From Candidatus Aminicenantes bacterium (GTDB lineage Bacteria; Acidobacteriota; Aminicenantia; Aminicenantales; Aminicenantaceae), in contig WTAW01000061.1 in assembly GCA_013139435.1 (NCBI GenBank), positions 1 to 28,285 of the forward strand: a DNA stretch of 28,285 nucleotides, written 5' to 3'. The position numbers and the translations under genes were made by a program. The notes beneath the pieces are model-generated. The model had not been told where the DNA came from, made no database searches, and saw only the letters and a program-made list of their open reading frames with translations. Numbering within the stretch: the stretch's first letter is position 1; each line of letters begins with the position of its first letter. Below are positions 25,191-28,285 of this stretch, one piece after another.

Positions 25191-25673
25191 CTACCAATCC
25201 TTGTATTTTGTCCCATCCAGAGCTGTTCCCGGGCTTTTTGTGAAGACGTCATAAATATTTTCGCCTCCCCAGATATCTGAATCATGATCATCCTGGTAGG
25301 ATCGGAGTCCCCAATCATAGGAGTTCGTCATCGGGTCTTTGGGAATACGCCGCAAGAATTTTACGATCTTAGTGACCTCTTGGCCGTCGACTTCCATTTT
25401 GGCCTCAACCCCCTCGACCAATGTTTCCAGGTCGGGAGGATATCCTTCTGTGTCTTCGTCGAATTCGAATGCCTTTTCATCCGCAAGCTTTTTGTAGGTA
25501 TCGATGGCCTCTCTCATCATCCTCAGGTTTCTTCTGAGCGTGGTTTCCCTTTCTCTTTTGACAGCCGTTTTGGCCAATGGCAAAACAGCGAGGGCCAGAA
25601 TGGACACTATGGTAAGAGTGACCAACATTTCAACCAGAGTAAATCCCTTTTTTCTAAAGGCTGATAGAATCAT
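25191..25673 (-). CDS. GspG-like pseudopilin
   Basis: KKG|FTLVEM prepilin motif; E..LRR.LR.MR.AID.YK, GYPPDLETLV.GV, FLRRIPKDPMT, DGTKYKDW. Confidence 0.88.
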   Translation of the reverse strand: MILSAFRKKGFTLVEMLVTLTIVSILALAVLPLAKTAVKRERETTLRRNLRMMREAIDTYKKLADEKAFEFDEDTEGYPPDLETLVEGVEAKMEVDGQEVTKIVKFLRRIPKDPMTNSYDWGLRSYQDDHDSDIWGGENIYDVFTKSPGTALDGTKYKDW

Positions 25674-25693
25674 TTTTGCCTGTAACTATTATA

Positions 25694-27886
25694 TCAAAAA
25701 CGATTTTTATTGTGACGACTGTGAGAAGAATGTTTCTTATATGGCTTGTCTGATTGGTATGGTTTATCTGATCTATATGGTTTGTCAGAACTGTCGTTAC
25801 TGCGTGAGTCCTGATCGAGAGCTTTTTTACTTAGACGAATTTTATTGTTTTCGTCGATGTTGATGACCTTAACCTGCAGTATTTGCCCCATTTTCAGAAC
25901 ATCTCTGACGTTCCTGATCCTTTGATGGGAGATCTCGGAAATGTGGAGGAGGCCGTCAGTTTTCGGCAGGATCTCGATGAATGCGCCGTAATCCTCGATG
26001 CGAACAACTTTTCCTGTGTAAGTCTTTCCGGATTCGGCTTCGACCGTTAGGTCTTGGATCATCTTTTTAGCTTTTTCGGCAGCTTCCATGTCAGTGGATG
26101 CGATGGTGATTTTTCCAGTGTCATCGATCTCGATCTTTGCCTTTGTCTCAGCAATGATCTTCTTAATGATCTTACCCGCAGGTCCGATCACATCTCCAAC
26201 TCTCTCTGGTTTTACGAAGATATTGATGATGCGTGGCGCATAGGGAGAAATATCGGGTCTTGGAGACGGCAAGACCTCCTTCATTTTTTCGAGGACTTTT
26301 AATCGCGCCTCACGCGCTTTGACAAGGCCTTCTCTGAGGATATCTGAAGAGATGGAGGGGATCTTTAAATCCATCTGGATAGCGGTGATCCCTTTCTCCG
26401 ATCCTGCGACCTTGAGGTCCATATCTCCAAAATGATCCTCCATACCTGCGATATCTGTGAGGATGGCGTAACGGTCATTTTCTTTGACGAGTCCTATGGA
26501 GATTCCAGCCACTATCATCGAGAGTGGAACGCCTGCGTCCATCAATGAGAGAACGCCTCCACAGACTGTAGCCATTGAGGATGAGCCGTTGGACTCGAGG
26601 ATATCGGAGACGATCCTGATTGTATATGGGAAATCTTCTTCTTTGGGAGTCGAATGAAGAATGGATTTTTCTGCCAGAGCGCCATGCCCGATCTCGCGTC
26701 TCCCTGGACCTCGGAGAAATGACACTTCGCCAACACTAAAAGGAGGGAAATTGTAGTGAAGCATGAACCTCTTTTCTCCTTCTTCTCCCAATCCATCTAT
26801 CCTTTGAACATCATCGAATGTTCCAAGCGTGACCGTAGCCAGGCATTGGGTTTCCCCGCGAGTAAACAGGGCAGAACCGTGTGTTCTGGGGAGGATCCCA
26901 ACTTCGGCAGTGATGGGCCTGATCGTATCAAATGTTCTCCCATCCACTCTTTTTTTGTCGTCCAGGATGAGCTTTCTGACCAATTTTTTTTGTATCTGGT
27001 AGTAGATTTCTTTCGTTTCTCTGATCTCGTCCTCATTCTCTTCGGGGATTCCTTCGAGAAGAGAGTCCAAAATATTGGAGATTTTTTCCTCTCTTTCCTG
27101 TTTTTTTTCTGTTTGTATGGCCTCTAAAAATGAGGCTTGTATTTCTGTTTGGATTTTTTCCAATCGGCTTTCGTCGATTTTTTTTGGGACAAATTCTCGT
27201 TTTTGAATGTTCAGTCGTTCTGCAAGGTCCTTTTGGGCCTGAATGATTCGAGCTATGACTTCTTGTGTGGCCTCACAAGCCTTGACAACAATTTCTTCGT
27301 CGAGTTCCTTGCATCCTGCTTCGATGACGACGATCCCTGCATCTGTTCCAACCACTGTCATGTTCAGGGGGCTTTCTTCCCGTTGACTTTTGGTTGGATT
27401 GATGACGAATTCATCGTTGATGTAGCCTACTTTTACAGCTCCAATGGGTGTCGTAAAGGGAATGTCGGAAAAATAGAGGGCGACCGAAGCCCCTATGAGC
27501 CCTAGGGTGTCGGGTTCATTCTCTATATCTGCAGAGAGGAGGAGTGCGATAATTTGAGTGTCAAAATAGTATCCCTCAGGAAATAGAGACCTTATAGGCC
27601 TGTCGATCAAACGACTGAGCAGGATCTCCCTTTCTGAGGGTCTTCCTTCACGCTTGAAGAAGCCGCCGGGAATCTTCCCTGCAGCATAGGTATTTTCTCG
27701 GTAGTCCACGATCAAAGGAAGGAAAGGCTTTGGTTCTTTCACATCTTTTTTTGATGTGGCTGAGACAAACATCACGGTGTCTCCGTATCTGATCAAAGCT
27801 GAGCCATCTGCTTGTGTGGCCACTTTATTGATATCGATCGATAGAGTACGGTTGCTGATTTCTAAATTGATTGTTTGGTAAGACAT
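25694..27886 (-). CDS. pnp: Polyribonucleotide nucleotidyltransferase
   Basis: IPGGFFKREG, RLIDRPIR, HGSALFTRGETQ, RREIGHG, ESNGSSSMA, EDHFGDMD.KVAG, KH and S1 domains. Confidence 0.98.
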   Translation of the reverse strand: MSYQTINLEISNRTLSIDINKVATQADGSALIRYGDTVMFVSATSKKDVKEPKPFLPLIVDYRENTYAAGKIPGGFFKREGRPSEREILLSRLIDRPIRSLFPEGYYFDTQIIALLLSADIENEPDTLGLIGASVALYFSDIPFTTPIGAVKVGYINDEFVINPTKSQREESPLNMTVVGTDAGIVVIEAGCKELDEEIVVKACEATQEVIARIIQAQKDLAERLNIQKREFVPKKIDESRLEKIQTEIQASFLEAIQTEKKQEREEKISNILDSLLEGIPEENEDEIRETKEIYYQIQKKLVRKLILDDKKRVDGRTFDTIRPITAEVGILPRTHGSALFTRGETQCLATVTLGTFDDVQRIDGLGEEGEKRFMLHYNFPPFSVGEVSFLRGPGRREIGHGALAEKSILHSTPKEEDFPYTIRIVSDILESNGSSSMATVCGGVLSLMDAGVPLSMIVAGISIGLVKENDRYAILTDIAGMEDHFGDMDLKVAGSEKGITAIQMDLKIPSISSDILREGLVKAREARLKVLEKMKEVLPSPRPDISPYAPRIINIFVKPERVGDVIGPAGKIIKKIIAETKAKIEIDDTGKITIASTDMEAAEKAKKMIQDLTVEAESGKTYTGKVVRIEDYGAFIEILPKTDGLLHISEISHQRIRNVRDVLKMGQILQVKVINIDENNKIRLSKKALDQDSRSNDSSDKPYRSDKPYQSDKPYKKHSSHSRHNKNRF
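25738..25791 (-). repeat. Three 18-bp tandem repeats in the pnp 3' end (SDKPY[R/Q/K] x3)
   Basis: + strand TATATGGCTTGTCTGATT / GGTATGGTTTATCTGATC / TATATGGTTTGTCAGAAC. Confidence 0.8.
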
Positions 27887-27907
27887 GTTGATTCCTTCGA
27901 CAAACTC

Positions 27908-28174
27908 CTATTTTCGGAGTTTGAGTTTTTTGATGAGATTTTCGTAACGTTTTACATCCTGTTTTTTCAAATATTCCAGAAGGCGTTTCCTCTGCCCCAC
28001 AAGTTTCATGAGTCCAGTTCGAGAATGGTAATCTTTTTTATGCATGGAAAAGTGTCCGGCTAAGTAATTGATTCTGTTTGTTATGAGCGCAACTTGAACT
28101 TCTGGCGAACCTGTATCTTTTGAATGAGTTCTGTTGTCTTTGACAATTATTTCTTTATCTTCTTTACTCTGCAC
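27908..28174 (-). CDS. rpsO: 30S ribosomal protein S15
   Basis: [17 protein letters not shown]...HKKD.HSR.GL.K.VG.R.RLL.YL; upstream of pnp; AAGGAG RBS. Confidence 0.97.
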   Translation of the reverse strand: MQSKEDKEIIVKDNRTHSKDTGSPEVQVALITNRINYLAGHFSMHKKDYHSRTGLMKLVGQRKRLLEYLKKQDVKRYENLIKKLKLRK

Positions 28175-28203
28175 TAGTATTTTCTCCTTGGAAATAATGT
28201 ATT

Positions 28204-28232
28204 ATGCTATCAGAAAAGTTGCTGATTGTAAA
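28204..28232 (-). promoter_or_regulatory. Possible promoter for rpsO-pnp
   Basis: TTTACA (28232-28227), 17 nt, TAGCAT (28209-28204); the spacer holds ATCAG-N8-CTGAT-like symmetry. Confidence 0.45.
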
Positions 28233-28246
28233 TAACTTAAATGTCC

Positions 28247-28260
28247 TGAATAATCCAGGT
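28247..28260 (+). repeat. Isolated copy of the repeat core (copy G)
   Basis: TGAATAATCCAGGT, identical to the ends at 21442-21455 and, reverse-complemented, at 18849-18862 and 22809-22822. Confidence 0.65.
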
Positions 28261-28285
28261 CATGTTGGTTTTGCAATAGCTCTGT

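Noticed and set aside
28175-28246. S15 autoregulatory leader RNA
   Set aside because: The putative promoter leaves only about 25 nt of AT-rich leader, and no stem or pseudoknot was recognisable.
1-28285. CRISPR arrays, tRNA/rRNA genes, intact transposases, and the many 60-130 aa antisense ORFs in the track
   Set aside because: No regularly spaced repeat-spacer units, cloverleaf or rRNA motifs, or DDE/HUH genes were seen. The small ORFs are shadows of confidently identified genes.

Overview
Mostly housekeeping DNA from a diderm bacterium (lpxB, lnt). The acidobacterial-type VWA protein, pseudopilin trio and lnt-prfB synteny suggest Acidobacteriota, possibly Aminicenantes (inference). Left part, mainly minus strand: nfeD-SPFH-SPOR-lnt-prfB (intact +1 programmed frameshift), mazG on +, DUF1844-ribF, pyrR-pyrC with no pyrB, rnc, and a truncated Cys-rich gene that the ORF track missed. 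Middle: a VWA gene, an AT-rich ~1.5 kb patch (membrane/coiled-coil/wHTH-like orphan plus a stop-interrupted, possibly recombinase-like remnant), an HU/IHF variant lacking the arm-tip proline, a GSU2086/DHS-like gene and coaE. Best candidate for a new system, 17.0-19.3 kb: a VpsT/CsgD-like LuxR regulator (degenerate receiver, WLPR motif) clustered with three paralogous single-domain PilZ-like genes, one with intact c-di-GMP motifs and two degenerate. Right part: proS, pcm, DUF192, lpxB, three pseudopilins, pnp, rpsO. A dispersed repeat family (core TGAATAATCCAGG) occurs 7 times from 18.2 to 28.3 kb. It forms two MITE-like elements, supplies the lpxB stop codon, and brackets proS with an exact 25-bp inverted repeat. 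No tRNA, rRNA, CRISPR array or intact transposase was seen. All family assignments come from motif recognition by eye, with no database searches.
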